A DNA stretch of 64,000 nt from an uncultured Gemmatimonadales bacterium (GTDB lineage: Bacteria; Gemmatimonadota; Gemmatimonadetes; Gemmatimonadales; Gemmatimonadaceae): contig CAWBZV010000002.1 of assembly GCA_963793305.1 (NCBI GenBank), forward strand, positions 160,001 to 224,000, given 5' to 3'. The position numbers and the translations under genes are program-made. This document shows, in pieces, positions 22,248 through 32,408 of the stretch. Below the pieces are notes generated by a model. That model saw only the letters and a program-made list of their open reading frames with translations, did no database searches and was not told the origin of the DNA. How positions within the stretch are numbered: the first letter of the stretch is position 1; each line of letters begins with the position of its first letter.

Positions 22248-23008
22248 TGCTCTCGGTACTGGTCCTCCTGCAGAGCGTGGTGCTGAGCATTCGCCCGCAC
22301 GCGGGTGACACGCTGCATATGCGCTACGACCAGCGGGTGGAGACGATCGCGACGACAGAACGCGGCCACGCCGACACGACCACCTCGGTCGTCTCGACCC
22401 TTCTCGTTATGAGTCGCACCATTGTCGAATCGAGCGACTCGTCGGGTGCTGACGTTGTCGCCGTCACCGACTCGGTGGCGTCGACGTCGTCCGGCGGGCG
22501 GACGCCCGAGTCAGCCCAAGCCGCGCGTGAGATGTTGCAAGGCAAAGAGGTCCGGCTGCGCCTGTCCCCGGACGGCGCCACGGTCGCCGAGGACACCGCG
22601 GCCAATCCCGAGTTGCGGTCGCTCTTCGCCGCCATGCCGGCGATCCTGCCCAAAGCGCCAACGCCGGTGGGGCGCCGCTGGAAACGGGAGATGGCCGGGC
22701 CGATCGGGGGCGCCATAGAGGGTGGGCACTCCGAGGTGAAAACGACGTTCCGGCTGGACTCCCTGTCGAAGACCGGAGATCTGGCCTACGTCTCGGTTCG
22801 CGGGACGATCACGGAAGCTTCGACCGGCCCCGGTCCCACCAAGAGCGAGTCCTCGGGCACGGTGAACGGGACCGTGCTCCTCGATCTCCGGCGCGGGTGG
22901 GTCACCGAATCCCGGGACCGGATCGTGATCACGTCCACCATCCGCTCTCGCGGCGCGAAGATGCGGATCAAAATGACCGTCACGCAGTGGCTGCGAGCGA
23001 TAGATTGA
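22247..23008 (+). CDS. Hypothetical beta-rich, probably exported protein
   Basis: Short hydrophobic N-terminus, LPKAPTPVGRRW and GTVLLDLRRGWV; TGATG coupling to herA. Confidence 0.65.
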   Translation: MLSVLVLLQSVVLSIRPHAGDTLHMRYDQRVETIATTERGHADTTTSVVSTLLVMSRTIVESSDSSGADVVAVTDSVASTSSGGRTPESAQAAREMLQGKEVRLRLSPDGATVAEDTAANPELRSLFAAMPAILPKAPTPVGRRWKREMAGPIGGAIEGGHSEVKTTFRLDSLSKTGDLAYVSVRGTITEASTGPGPTKSESSGTVNGTVLLDLRRGWVTESRDRIVITSTIRSRGAKMRIKMTVTQWLRAID

Positions 23009-23011
23009 AGG

Positions 23012-24175
23012 ATGCGGCTCGTGCATCTGTCCGACCTGCACCTGGGGTTCAGACAATACCAACGTCTGACCCCGGCGGGAATCAATCAGCGCGAAGCCGA
23101 TGTGGCGGCGAGCTTCAAGACCGCGATAGACAAGATTGTCAGTCTCGAACCTGATCTGGTGCTGATCGCGGGTGACCTGTTCCACACGGTGCGCCCGTCC
23201 AATCCGGCGATTCTCCACGCCTTCTTGCAATTCGGCCGTCTCAAGAAATCCCTTCCGAACGCCGAGATCGTACTGATCGCGGGGAATCATGACCTCCCGC
23301 GTGCGAGCGAGACGGGTTGCATCCTGGGTCTCTTTCGACAACTGGGTCTCCATGTCGTCGACGCCGAAGCGCGGAGGATCGATCTTCCGGACCGCGGCGT
23401 CTCGATACTAGCCGTTCCAGACACATCAGCCCCTTTACCAGCACTCGTCGGCAATCCGTCCGCGAAGTACAACGTGTTGGTGCTCCATGGTGTGGTGCCT
23501 GGCCTGTTGCCGGACTGGTTTACGGCCTCCGATCGCGCGCGCACCGAGGTATCGCTCGAGGACCTCACGAAGTCCGACTGGGACTACGTCGCGCTCGGGC
23601 ACTATCACGTCTATCAACGGGTCAAGAAGCGCATCTTCTACTCGGGCGCGATCGATTACACGAGCACGAGCCCGTGGGGCGAGCTGTATCTCGAGGGTCA
23701 GGCGAACATTCCTGGCAAAGGTCTGATCGAGCACGATCTCGATTCCGGCCGGCACAAGTTTCATCCGTTACCACCGGCACGGAAGCACATCGATGTGCCG
23801 CCGATTCCCGCCTTCCAACTCGCGCCATCCGAGATCGACCGGCTGATCGCCGCTATGGTGAGCGAGGTCGATCTCGACGGCAACATCGTCCGTGTCGTGC
23901 TCCAGGATGCGCAGCGCCATGTCGTGCGCGAGCTCAATCACGCCGCGCTCCGCGAGTATCAACGGCGCGCGTTGCACTTTCAGCTGGACGTCCGGCGGTC
24001 CAATGTCCCGCGGGTGACGCTGTCAGGTGCCACGGGCCGGCGTCTCTCGTTGACCGAGATCGTGCGCGCGAAGCTCGAGACCCGGGAGCTCGAGGCGGAC
24101 CTCAATCGCGACGCGCTGATCGATCTCGGTCTCAAGTATCTGAAAGACGCCGAGGCGGTCGAGGTGCCGGAGTGA
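23012..24175 (+). CDS. sbcD: SbcD/Mre11 metallophosphoesterase nuclease
   Basis: SDLHLG, AGDLFH, GNHD, LHG, ALGHYH and YSG. Confidence 0.92.
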   Translation: MRLVHLSDLHLGFRQYQRLTPAGINQREADVAASFKTAIDKIVSLEPDLVLIAGDLFHTVRPSNPAILHAFLQFGRLKKSLPNAEIVLIAGNHDLPRASETGCILGLFRQLGLHVVDAEARRIDLPDRGVSILAVPDTSAPLPALVGNPSAKYNVLVLHGVVPGLLPDWFTASDRARTEVSLEDLTKSDWDYVALGHYHVYQRVKKRIFYSGAIDYTSTSPWGELYLEGQANIPGKGLIEHDLDSGRHKFHPLPPARKHIDVPPIPAFQLAPSEIDRLIAAMVSEVDLDGNIVRVVLQDAQRHVVRELNHAALREYQRRALHFQLDVRRSNVPRVTLSGATGRRLSLTEIVRAKLETRELEADLNRDALIDLGLKYLKDAEAVEVPE

Positions 24176-26622
24176 GGCTCAACAGCCTGCACCTGGTCAA
24201 CTTTCGACAGCACACCGACAGCCGCATCACGTTCGAGTCGGGCCTGACGGGGATCATCGGCCCCAATGGCTCGGGCAAGACGACGATCCTCGAGGCGATC
24301 ACGTGGGCCTTGTACGGCCACGCTCGCGGTACGCGCGATTCGATCCGCCACACGCGCGCCGGTCCGCGGGCGCCCGTTCGGGTCGAGCTCGATTTCGAGC
24401 TCGCCGGCCACCGCTTCCGCATCGAGCGGGGGTTGAACAGCGCCGAGTTGTATCTCGATGGCGCATCGACGCCGATCGCGAACACCATCTCGAGCGTCAC
24501 CAGCCAGCTGCAGAAAAAGCTCGGCATGACCCGGGCCGAGTTCTTCCACACGTATTTCACGGGCCAGAAAGAGCTCGGCCTCATGGCCGCGATGGGTCCG
24601 GCCGATCGGGCGCGGTTCCTGTCGCGTGTTCTCGGCTACGAGCGACTCCGCGTCGCCCAAGAGCTGGCGCGGGAACGCCGCAAGGCGATCCTGGCCGAGG
24701 TCACCGGAATGCGGAGCGGCATGGGCGACCGCGAGACGATCCTCCGCGCGGTGGCGGTGGCCGAGTCGCGACTCGCCGAGGCGACCGAGCGGTCGGTGCA
24801 GGCCGGGTCGAGTCTCGAACGCGCCGAGACCGCCCTCGGCGCGATCGCGCCTCAGTGGGAGCGCGCGCAGCAAGAGCGGGAGCGTTGGAAGGAGTTGTCG
24901 GCGCGCCTGCAGGTGGCCGAGGGCAAGGTCGACGATCTCCTGAAGAACGCCCAACGGATTGCGCGTGACCTGGACGAGGTACGCGCCTCGCGCGCGGAGC
25001 TCGACGCCTTGCGCGTGCAGCTCGGCGGATACCGCGCGCTCGTGCAAGAGGTCCAGCAGCTGGATATCCTCGCGCGAGAGGAGGGCCGCCGCAAAGCGTT
25101 AGGAGAGCAGGAGCGGGTACTTGCGGATGATCTATCACAACTCGCCGAGCGGGTCGATCGCCTGGAGTCAGCGCCAACGCTGGCCGCTGAAGTAGAGGCC
25201 GAGCTCGCAAAGTCGCAGGCCGCACTCACGGATGCCCAGTCGCGGACTGACGCTCGGCAAAACGAATGGGTTCGCGACCAGCAGGAAGCGAAAACGAAGC
25301 TCCAGTCACTCGTCGCGCAGCGAAAAGATGTCCGCCGTCAGCAAGAACAGTTGCAGGCGGTCGGCGAACATGGTGAGTGCCCCACGTGCGGCCAGTCGCT
25401 CGGTGGTGGTCACTTTCGAAAAGTTCTGGATGAGTTGGAGCGCCAGGCCGACGAGATCTCGGTCAATGGCAAGTATTATCAAGATCGCCAGAAACAGTTA
25501 GCCGACCGCCCCGCCGATCTGATCGAGCTCGAAGCCTTGCGCGCCACGCTCACGAAACAGTCGGGCACCCTCGATCGCAAGCTGGTGAGAGCCCAGGAAG
25601 CCGTAAAGGAACTGGAAGGGCTGCGACGGGACCTGAGCGAGAAGCAGGTCCGGCGGAAGAAGATTCGCGCCGAGTTGGATGGCCTGCCGGTAGGCTACGA
25701 CGAGGCGCGTCACCGCCAAGCACGGGCCGACATCGAACGGCTGGCGCCCCTCGATCAGCGCGCGTCCCGGGTGAGCGGGGCAGTGGAGCGCACGCCCGTG
25801 CTCGAACACGACAAAGCGCAGATCGAGGCCTCGCTCGCCGCCGCGCGCATCACGGTCGCGGAGCTCAACGGGCAGCGCGATGCGCTCGCGTTCGATGCCA
25901 CGCTCTATGCGAGTCTGCGCGAGCAGTTCGAGCGCTCGGATGCGCTGGCGCGTGCGGCGGAGCTGGACACGGTCCGCGCCATCGCGGAGACCCACGCCGC
26001 GCGCAAAGCGTTGGAGACTGCCGAACAGGCCCGGGTCGAGTGGGACAAGATCCACGCGCGACTGGAGGGGCTGGTGGTCGACCGGCGACTGCACGACGAG
26101 GTCGATCGCGCCTATACCGCCCTGCGCGACGACCTCAATATCCAGCTCAGACCAGAGATCTCGGAGCTGGCCAGCGAGTTCCTGGCCGAGCTGACGGACG
26201 GGCGCTATAGTGAGCTCGAGCTCGATGACGAGTACAATATCAATGTGCTCGAAGACGGGGTGCCGAAGCCCGTGATCTCGGGGGGCGAGGAAGATATCGC
26301 GAATCTGGTGCTGCGCCTCTCGGTGTCGCAGATGATCGCGGACCGCGCGGGCCAGTCGTTCTCGCTCCTCGTGCTCGACGAGGTATTCGGGTCGTTGGAC
26401 GACAGCCGCCGGCACAACGTGGTCGAGCTCCTGCGGCGTCTCCACGACCGGTTCGATCAGGTCATCGTCATCACGCACATCGATTCCGTGCGCGATGGAC
26501 TCGATCGCGTGATCTCCGTGCGCTATGACGCCGCGCGCGGCACGTCGGTCGTGGATGCACCACCAGGTTCGTCCGCCGATCCCACGGAGCCACTCGAACT
26601 GGCACTCGAGGCCGCTGACTAA
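24172..26622 (+). CDS. sbcC: SbcC/Rad50 SMC-family ATPase
   Basis: GPNGSGKTT, coiled coils, CPTCG zinc hook, ISGGE, LVLDEVFGSLD and ITH; GTGA overlap. Confidence 0.92.
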   Translation: MRLNSLHLVNFRQHTDSRITFESGLTGIIGPNGSGKTTILEAITWALYGHARGTRDSIRHTRAGPRAPVRVELDFELAGHRFRIERGLNSAELYLDGASTPIANTISSVTSQLQKKLGMTRAEFFHTYFTGQKELGLMAAMGPADRARFLSRVLGYERLRVAQELARERRKAILAEVTGMRSGMGDRETILRAVAVAESRLAEATERSVQAGSSLERAETALGAIAPQWERAQQERERWKELSARLQVAEGKVDDLLKNAQRIARDLDEVRASRAELDALRVQLGGYRALVQEVQQLDILAREEGRRKALGEQERVLADDLSQLAERVDRLESAPTLAAEVEAELAKSQAALTDAQSRTDARQNEWVRDQQEAKTKLQSLVAQRKDVRRQQEQLQAVGEHGECPTCGQSLGGGHFRKVLDELERQADEISVNGKYYQDRQKQLADRPADLIELEALRATLTKQSGTLDRKLVRAQEAVKELEGLRRDLSEKQVRRKKIRAELDGLPVGYDEARHRQARADIERLAPLDQRASRVSGAVERTPVLEHDKAQIEASLAAARITVAELNGQRDALAFDATLYASLREQFERSDALARAAELDTVRAIAETHAARKALETAEQARVEWDKIHARLEGLVVDRRLHDEVDRAYTALRDDLNIQLRPEISELASEFLAELTDGRYSELELDDEYNINVLEDGVPKPVISGGEEDIANLVLRLSVSQMIADRAGQSFSLLVLDEVFGSLDDSRRHNVVELLRRLHDRFDQVIVITHIDSVRDGLDRVISVRYDAARGTSVVDAPPGSSADPTEPLELALEAAD

Positions 26623-27599
26623 TGGCGGTCGTGAGGACGTGGCGCTCGACGAGGCCCGCTGACGGCCCGCACCCGGCGCGCCGTGAAGACATCCCCGGCC
26701 TCAATCAGGTCTTCAGCGACGCGTTCACCGAGCGGTACCGGCGCGATGGCATGATCGGCGTGCGCGTCCCGTTCTTGAATCCGGCGATCTGGCGTTACGC
26801 GATCGAAGACGCGGCCGAAGGCGCGATGCTCTGGCGCAGTGATCGCGGCGAGGTGATCGCGTTCAACATGACGCATCGCTCCGGCGTCGAAGGGTGGATG
26901 GGCCCGCTGGCCGTGCGTCCCGAGTCGCAGGGATCCGGGCTGGGGAAGGATCTGGTACGAGCCGGCATTGATTGGTTGAACCGCGCCGAGGCCCGGGTGA
27001 TCGGCCTCGAGACGATGCCGCGGACCATGGACAACATCGGCTTCTACTCGAGCCTCGGCCTCGTGCCTGGGCGACTCACGATGACGTTGACGCTCGAGGC
27101 CGCGGCCGCGGATCGGCAAGGACTCGTGCTCGGGCGCCAGCCGCGCGGCACACAGGACGACCTCATCGCCGAGTGTCGCTCGCTCGTCGGAGCGCAGATT
27201 CCGGGGTATGACTACACGCGTGAGTTGTTGCTCACTGATCATCTCGCCCTCGGTGACACGGTGCTCTTACGGGACGACGCCGATGCGTTGATCGGCTTTG
27301 CGCTGTGTCATACGGCGCCGCTCGTCGAGGGTCGTTCGCGCGACGAGCTCCGTGTGCTCAAACTCGTCGTGCGGTCGCTCCCGGATCTCGACGCCATGGT
27401 CCGGTTGCTCGCCGACTACGCGCGCCGGAGCGGTACGCGCCGCGTCGCGTTGCGGGTGCAGGGTGAATACGTCGAAGCCTACCAGCGCCTCATCGCCCTG
27501 GGCGCGCGCGTGCGCTGGACCGATCTCCGGATGTCGCTGGCGGGCGCCCCCGAGCCTCGCGCGGCTACCGGGATTGTTTGGTCGAATTGGGAGGTTTGA
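26622..27599 (+). CDS. GNAT family N-acetyltransferase (probably tandem GNAT)
   Basis: GPLAVRPESQGSGLG and NIGFYSSLG. Confidence 0.82.
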   Translation: MAVVRTWRSTRPADGPHPARREDIPGLNQVFSDAFTERYRRDGMIGVRVPFLNPAIWRYAIEDAAEGAMLWRSDRGEVIAFNMTHRSGVEGWMGPLAVRPESQGSGLGKDLVRAGIDWLNRAEARVIGLETMPRTMDNIGFYSSLGLVPGRLTMTLTLEAAAADRQGLVLGRQPRGTQDDLIAECRSLVGAQIPGYDYTRELLLTDHLALGDTVLLRDDADALIGFALCHTAPLVEGRSRDELRVLKLVVRSLPDLDAMVRLLADYARRSGTRRVALRVQGEYVEAYQRLIALGARVRWTDLRMSLAGAPEPRAATGIVWSNWEV

Positions 27600-27762
27600 C
27601 GCGCTTCGGCATCGGCGCGCCCCGCGCGACAATGCGCCAGATCACAATGAACAGTCCGAGCGTGAGCAACAGATGGACGAATCCGGGCGCGTTGTTCATA
27701 ACGAACACGAGCACGGCCCAGGTGACGAGCATGATGAGTCCTACAATGATACCGAAGTCCAA
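27565..27762 (-). CDS. Small two-TM membrane protein (lmo0937-like)
   Basis: TTG start, two hydrophobic helices with GFVHLLL. Confidence 0.6.
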   Translation of the reverse strand: MDFGIIVGLIMLVTWAVLVFVMNNAPGFVHLLLTLGLFIVIWRIVARGAPMPKRVKPPNSTKQSR

Positions 27763-27792
27763 TTGACTCGTCCTGTTGATGGCGCTTAGTTT
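27763..27792 (+). promoter_or_regulatory. Sigma70-type promoter of the 6S RNA
   Basis: TTGACT (27763-68), 18 nt, TAGTTT (27787-92), about 10 nt before the RNA stem. Confidence 0.6.
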
Positions 27793-27800
27793 AGTGTCCA

Positions 27801-27958
27801 GTTAGGGGCGGAGAGGCCTAATTTTTGAGCCGATAAGTCCTCCGAGTGGGTTCGACAATCTATGCCAACGTCAGGCCCCAGTGCGGGGAAGACGACACGT
27901 GTGGTGAGGACCTCATACATTCGACAGGGCTTCAAAAACTCCTCTTCGTTCCGCTTTA
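27801..27958 (+). ncRNA. ssrS: 6S RNA
   Basis: Ends pair (GGGGCGGAGAGG with CCTCTTCGTTCCGCTTT; TTTTGAGCC with GGCTTCAAAA; GTCCTC with GAGGAC); TGAGCCGATA and GACGACAC segments recall E. coli 6S. Confidence 0.8.
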
Positions 27959-27961
27959 TTC

Positions 27962-27999
27962 GAGAAGCTCCGTCATTCGTGGCGGAGCTTCTCTAATTT
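27962..27999 (+). terminator. Strong hairpin after the 6S RNA (terminator or processing stem)
   Basis: GAGAAGCTCCGTCA-TTCG-TGGCGGAGCTTCTC, 14-bp stem with one G-U pair, followed by TAATTT. Confidence 0.7.
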
Positions 28000-28009
28000 A
28001 CACTGAGCT

Positions 28010-28579
28010 ATGGACACAGAAACAGAGCTAGCGACGCTCGTCCGCCGCGAGTTGGAGCTGCTCGGCGAAAATCCCGACCGCGAGGGGCTGCTCAAGACGC
28101 CGCAGCGCGTCGCCAAAGCGCTCGAATTCTTCACGAGCGGCTACGCGCTGGACGCCGCGCAGGTCATCGGCGATGCCTTGTTCGAGGAGCCCGGGCACGA
28201 GAGCATGATCATGGTCCGCGACATCGAGCTCTACTCGATGTGCGAGCACCACATGCTGCCATTCTTCGGCCGCGCGCACGTGGCGTATATCCCGAACGGC
28301 CGCATCGTCGGCCTCTCGAAGATGGCCCGGGTCGTCGACGTGTTTGCCCGGCGGCTCCAGGTGCAGGAGCGGCTCACCGAGCAGATCGCGCTGGCCCTGG
28401 AGCAGGCGCTCCGCCCGCGCGGCATCGGGGTCGTCATCGAGGCACAGCACCTGTGCATGATGATGCGCGGGGTGCAGAAGCAGAACTCCAAGACCATCAC
28501 CAGCGCGCTGCGTGGCAGCTTCCGCGATGACGCGAAGACGCGCGATGAGTTTCTGAGGCTCGCCCACAACGAGCACTAA
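28010..28579 (+). CDS. folE: GTP cyclohydrolase I
   Basis: [35 protein letters not shown] and HLCMMMRG. Confidence 0.97.
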   Translation: MDTETELATLVRRELELLGENPDREGLLKTPQRVAKALEFFTSGYALDAAQVIGDALFEEPGHESMIMVRDIELYSMCEHHMLPFFGRAHVAYIPNGRIVGLSKMARVVDVFARRLQVQERLTEQIALALEQALRPRGIGVVIEAQHLCMMMRGVQKQNSKTITSALRGSFRDDAKTRDEFLRLAHNEH

Positions 28580-29234
28580 GTTCGATCCGATCGCCGGTCG
28601 TACGGCCCTCGTTACCGGCGGATCCCGGGGTATCGGCGCCGAGACGGTGAAGGTGCTCACGCGCGCCGGCGTGACGGTGCTGTCCGTCTCCCGCTCCGGT
28701 CCAATCGTGGCCGACCTGACCCGTCCCGAGGATATCGACCGCCTCGTCGAACGGGTCGGGAGCGCTCCGGACTTCCTCATCAACGTCGCCGGCATGTTCA
28801 ACCTCGCGCGCATCGAGGATACTCACCCGCAGGCGTTTGATGCCACGCTCGCGCTCAACGTCGGCGCGCCGTTTCGGTTGATCCGGGCATTCCTGCCCGC
28901 AATGCGCGAGAGACGATCCGGCCACATCGTGACCGTCGGCTCTATCGCCGATCACGTGGCGTTCCCGGAGAACGCGGCGTATGCGGCGAGCAAGTACGCG
29001 GTACGCGGACTCCACGAAGTCTTGCGCGAGGAGCTTCGCGGCTCGCCCGTGCGCGCGACATTGATCTCTCCGGCAGCGGTCAACACATCCCTTTGGGACC
29101 AGGTTGAGGCGCGTCCCGGACTGCCGCCGCGTTCGGGGATGTTGTCGCCCTTGGCTGTCATAGACGCGATCCTGTTCGCCCTGCGGCAACCGCCCGGAGT
29201 GAGCGTCGATGAGATCCGTCTCTCGCACACCTGA
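28569..29234 (+). CDS. SDR family oxidoreductase
   Basis: [11 protein letters not shown] lies upstream of the listed ORF start; YAASK; frame open back to ACG 28569. Confidence 0.88.
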   Translation, partial: TSTKFDPIAGRTALVTGGSRGIGAETVKVLTRAGVTVLSVSRSGPIVADLTRPEDIDRLVERVGSAPDFLINVAGMFNLARIEDTHPQAFDATLALNVGAPFRLIRAFLPAMRERRSGHIVTVGSIADHVAFPENAAYAASKYAVRGLHEVLREELRGSPVRATLISPAAVNTSLWDQVEARPGLPPRSGMLSPLAVIDAILFALRQPPGVSVDEIRLSHT

Positions 29235-29845
29235 TGCACCTGGACGTGATTCCCGCTCTGCGCTGTCCGCGCGAGCACGAGGAGTCGGGCCTCGTGCTCG
29301 TCGCCGATGAGACTCGGGGCCGCCATGTGGTGACGGGTGTGCTCGGCTGCCCCGTCTGCGAGGCCGAGTACCCCATTCGCGCCGGCGTCGCGTACTTCGT
29401 GAACCCCACCGCCTCCGCGGCCGACCCGCGCAATGACGAGATCATTCGCACGGCCGCCATGCTCGGGCTCACGGAACCCGGCGGCGTGATCATGCTCGCC
29501 GGACATTGGGCCTCGACCGCCAATGCGATCAGCGAGATCGCCGATGCGCTCGTACTGGTCGTCAATCCGCCGGCACGAGCAGACTATGTCGAGCGGGTTT
29601 CCGTGTTGTACGCAGACCAACTGCCGATCGCCGAGCATGCGCTGCGCGCGGCCGCGATCGATGCGCTCGCACGCAATGTCGCATCCGTGCTGCGCCCAAA
29701 GGGGCGGCTCGTCGCGACACATGCCGTGCCCGTGCCACCGGACATTGCTGAGATCGCGCGCGACGCGGAATACTGGGTCGGCGAAGCTAGTGCGTTGCCG
29801 CCACGGCCGGCGGACCTGACGCCTCTTCGTATAGGGCGTCGATGA
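29234..29845 (+). CDS. Hypothetical protein with Trm112-like N-terminal Zn motif
   Basis: LRCP...H, GVLGCPVCEAEYPIRAGV; degenerate methyltransferase-like C-terminus (VLRPKGRLV). Confidence 0.65.
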   Translation: MHLDVIPALRCPREHEESGLVLVADETRGRHVVTGVLGCPVCEAEYPIRAGVAYFVNPTASAADPRNDEIIRTAAMLGLTEPGGVIMLAGHWASTANAISEIADALVLVVNPPARADYVERVSVLYADQLPIAEHALRAAAIDALARNVASVLRPKGRLVATHAVPVPPDIAEIARDAEYWVGEASALPPRPADLTPLRIGRR

Positions 29846-31604
29846 TCGGCTTGTACTTCGTGTCGATCACGCGACGCCTGACTTTGAGCGTCGGCGTCAG
29901 CTCACCACCCTCGATGGTAAAGTCGTGCTCGATGAGCGCGATCTTCTTGGGCGTCTCGAACGTCGCCAGACCTTGGAGGTGGTCGAGCACCTCCCGCTCC
30001 ATCTTCGCCTTCACCTCGGGATTCGCGATCAGCTGGGCGTGGGTGGTGAACGCGATGCCTTTGTGCTTCGCCCATCCTTCGAGCTGCTCGAAGTTCGGCA
30101 CGATGAGCAGCGCGACAAACTTGCGCCGATCGCCGATCATGACGGCCTGACTCACGTAGCGATTCTGCCGGACGAGATTCTCAATGGGCTGCGGTGCGAT
30201 GGCTTTCCCGCCGGCGGTCTTGATGAGGTCTTTCTTCCGGTCGGTGATGACGAGATATCCGTCGCGGAGCTCGCCAATGTCGCCCGTATGGAAGAACCCG
30301 TCGCTATCGATCGCCTCGCGCGTCGCGTCCGGCTTGTTGTAGTACCCGCGCATGATGCCCGGTCCGCGCACGCAGATCTCGCCATCGGCGGCGATTTTCA
30401 CTTCGATGTTACTGATCGGCATGCCGACGGTGCCGATCCGGTTGTGGTCCGGTGTATTGACGGAGATGACCGGTGAGGTCTCGGTCAGGCCGTAGCCTTC
30501 CAGGACCACGAGATCAGCGGCGTAGAAGAATTTGGCGATCTCGCTCGCGAGCGGCGCGCCGCCGGAGACGAAGACGCGCATCCGTCCCCCCATCCGCGCC
30601 CGCAACTTCGAGAACACCAGCCGTTGCGCAATCGCATTCTCGAGCGCGAGCGCGCCGGTCGGCTGTCGTCCCGCGAGCCGCTCGCTGGCCGCCCGGTCCC
30701 CGACGCGGCGCGCCCACTGAAAGAGGCGATACTTGAGCGCGCCGCCCTTGCGCGCATTCTCGATCGCGCCGGCGTACACCTTCTCGTAGATCCGCGGGAC
30801 GGAGAACACGAACGTCGGGTGCACCTCGCCGAAGTTCTGTATCAGCTTGTCGATCGACTCCGCGTAGCAGATCTCGGCGCCGACGGAGAACATGAGGTAA
30901 TCCGCCATCCGCCCGAAGATGTGCGACAACGGGAGGAAGCTGAGCGTGACCTCGTCCTGCATCGGGAGCAACTCCCGGGACGCGGCGACGTTGGACGCAA
31001 TGTTGCCGTGCGTCAGCATGACGCCCTTCGGTTCGCCCGTCGTGCCCGAGGTATAAATGATGGTGGCGAGATCATCAGGTTTGACCGCCATCGCCCGGCT
31101 ACGATATTCCGCGGTCGCGGGGGCCGTGTCGGCCGACGCGCCGCGCGATTCGAGCTCGGCGAACGTGCAATCGACGCCGGGAAATTTCCCATCGAACGCG
31201 CAGACGGTCTTGAGGGCCGGGAGATGCGAGCGAATCTCGGCGATCTTGGCCGCCTGCGCGGCGGTCGACACGAAGATGGCGACCGCCCCCGCGTCATTCA
31301 GCAGGTACGGCAGTTGGTCCGCCGGTAAACTCGGATACAGCGGGACGTCAGTCACGCCCAATGTCAGGCACGCGTAGTCGCTGATCGCCCACTCGGGGCG
31401 ATTCTCGGACAGGATCGCGATGCGGTCGCCCGGCTTCGCGCCGGCCGCGGCTATGCCCAGCGCGACGTGGCGCACGCGCCGCTCGATCTCCTTGTGCGAG
31501 ATCGGCGTGTACGCGCCATTGTGCTTGTACCGCATCGCCTGGGGGCGATCGTACTGGGTGATCGCGTCGAAGAAGAGCGTGTTGAGCGTCCCGGGAGTCA
31601 ACAT
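29787..31604 (-). CDS. Long-chain fatty acid-CoA ligase
   Basis: IYTSGTTGEPKG, EGYGLTET, FHTGDIG, DRKKDL and ELTPTLK. Confidence 0.93.
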   Translation of the reverse strand: MLTPGTLNTLFFDAITQYDRPQAMRYKHNGAYTPISHKEIERRVRHVALGIAAAGAKPGDRIAILSENRPEWAISDYACLTLGVTDVPLYPSLPADQLPYLLNDAGAVAIFVSTAAQAAKIAEIRSHLPALKTVCAFDGKFPGVDCTFAELESRGASADTAPATAEYRSRAMAVKPDDLATIIYTSGTTGEPKGVMLTHGNIASNVAASRELLPMQDEVTLSFLPLSHIFGRMADYLMFSVGAEICYAESIDKLIQNFGEVHPTFVFSVPRIYEKVYAGAIENARKGGALKYRLFQWARRVGDRAASERLAGRQPTGALALENAIAQRLVFSKLRARMGGRMRVFVSGGAPLASEIAKFFYAADLVVLEGYGLTETSPVISVNTPDHNRIGTVGMPISNIEVKIAADGEICVRGPGIMRGYYNKPDATREAIDSDGFFHTGDIGELRDGYLVITDRKKDLIKTAGGKAIAPQPIENLVRQNRYVSQAVMIGDRRKFVALLIVPNFEQLEGWAKHKGIAFTTHAQLIANPEVKAKMEREVLDHLQGLATFETPKKIALIEHDFTIEGGELTPTLKVRRRVIDTKYKPIIDALYEEASGPPAVAATH

Positions 31605-32408
31605 TTGCTCGGATTGACGAAGGTGATCGTGACCAGAACCGGGTTATGTAACTGGTGGTTTTGATACCGCGCCGTCGCCTGTAACGTGACGCTCCACGTC
31701 GTGTCGTGCTTGGCGACCGCCTTCGCGCCAAAGATGAGCACCCGCGTCGATATCCCGCTCTTGGTGGTATCCAGGATCGACGGGTTGCCGGATCCATCGG
31801 CAACGTAGGCAATGAGACCAGTATCCGCGATCGTGCCCTTTTGTTTGCCAACCAGGCTCGCCGGGCTCGTGATCGCCCAATGAATGAGATAGCTGCTCAC
31901 CGGAACGGGCGCCGAGTCGGCCAGGTTCGACGTGTGGAACAGATCGGCGTCGAATCCGGCGCTGAGGGGAAGCCCCGTGCAGAAATTCAGGGCCTGCGCC
32001 GTGTCCGTCGTGTCCCGCGCCAAGCTATCGGGTCGCGGCACGATGTTGATATTGAACGGCAGGGACTGGAGCCCGCCCGCCTCGGCGACGATCCGGGGTG
32101 TCGACGGCACCGAGTCGGTGGACGCGAAGACGTGGCCAAACGTGTCGGTCGTGACGACCAGTGGATCGAGCGTCAGCCACAGGATCGGAACGTGCAGCGA
32201 GTCTTGCTTGATGTTGTACGCCGCCGCTTGCAGCGTACCGAGCGCGGTCGAGTCTCCGATGCGCATGGTGTCGCCGGCCACGACCGATGGCGCCGGCGCG
32301 GTGTCGACGGCGAGCGAGATGAACGTCTTTGGGATTCGTGTCAGGCTGATTGCACGATACGGCGACGATCGCCGCCGCCAACCACGCCGCGGCGACCAAC
32401 CGTCTCAT
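31598..32408 (-). CDS. Hypothetical lipoprotein; frameshift near 32322
   Basis: MRRLVAAAW...AVSC signal; removing one base at GAACGTC joins it to the 227-aa ORF. Confidence 0.7.

Noticed and set aside
23317..24171. Long N-terminal extensions on SbcC and on the ORFs at 21293, 45026, 46720 and 37260
   Set aside because: They overlap neighbouring genes; family homology begins at internal coupled starts
27846..28031. 61-aa ORF upstream of folE
   Set aside because: Lies over the structured 6S-like RNA and hairpin and is not protein-like
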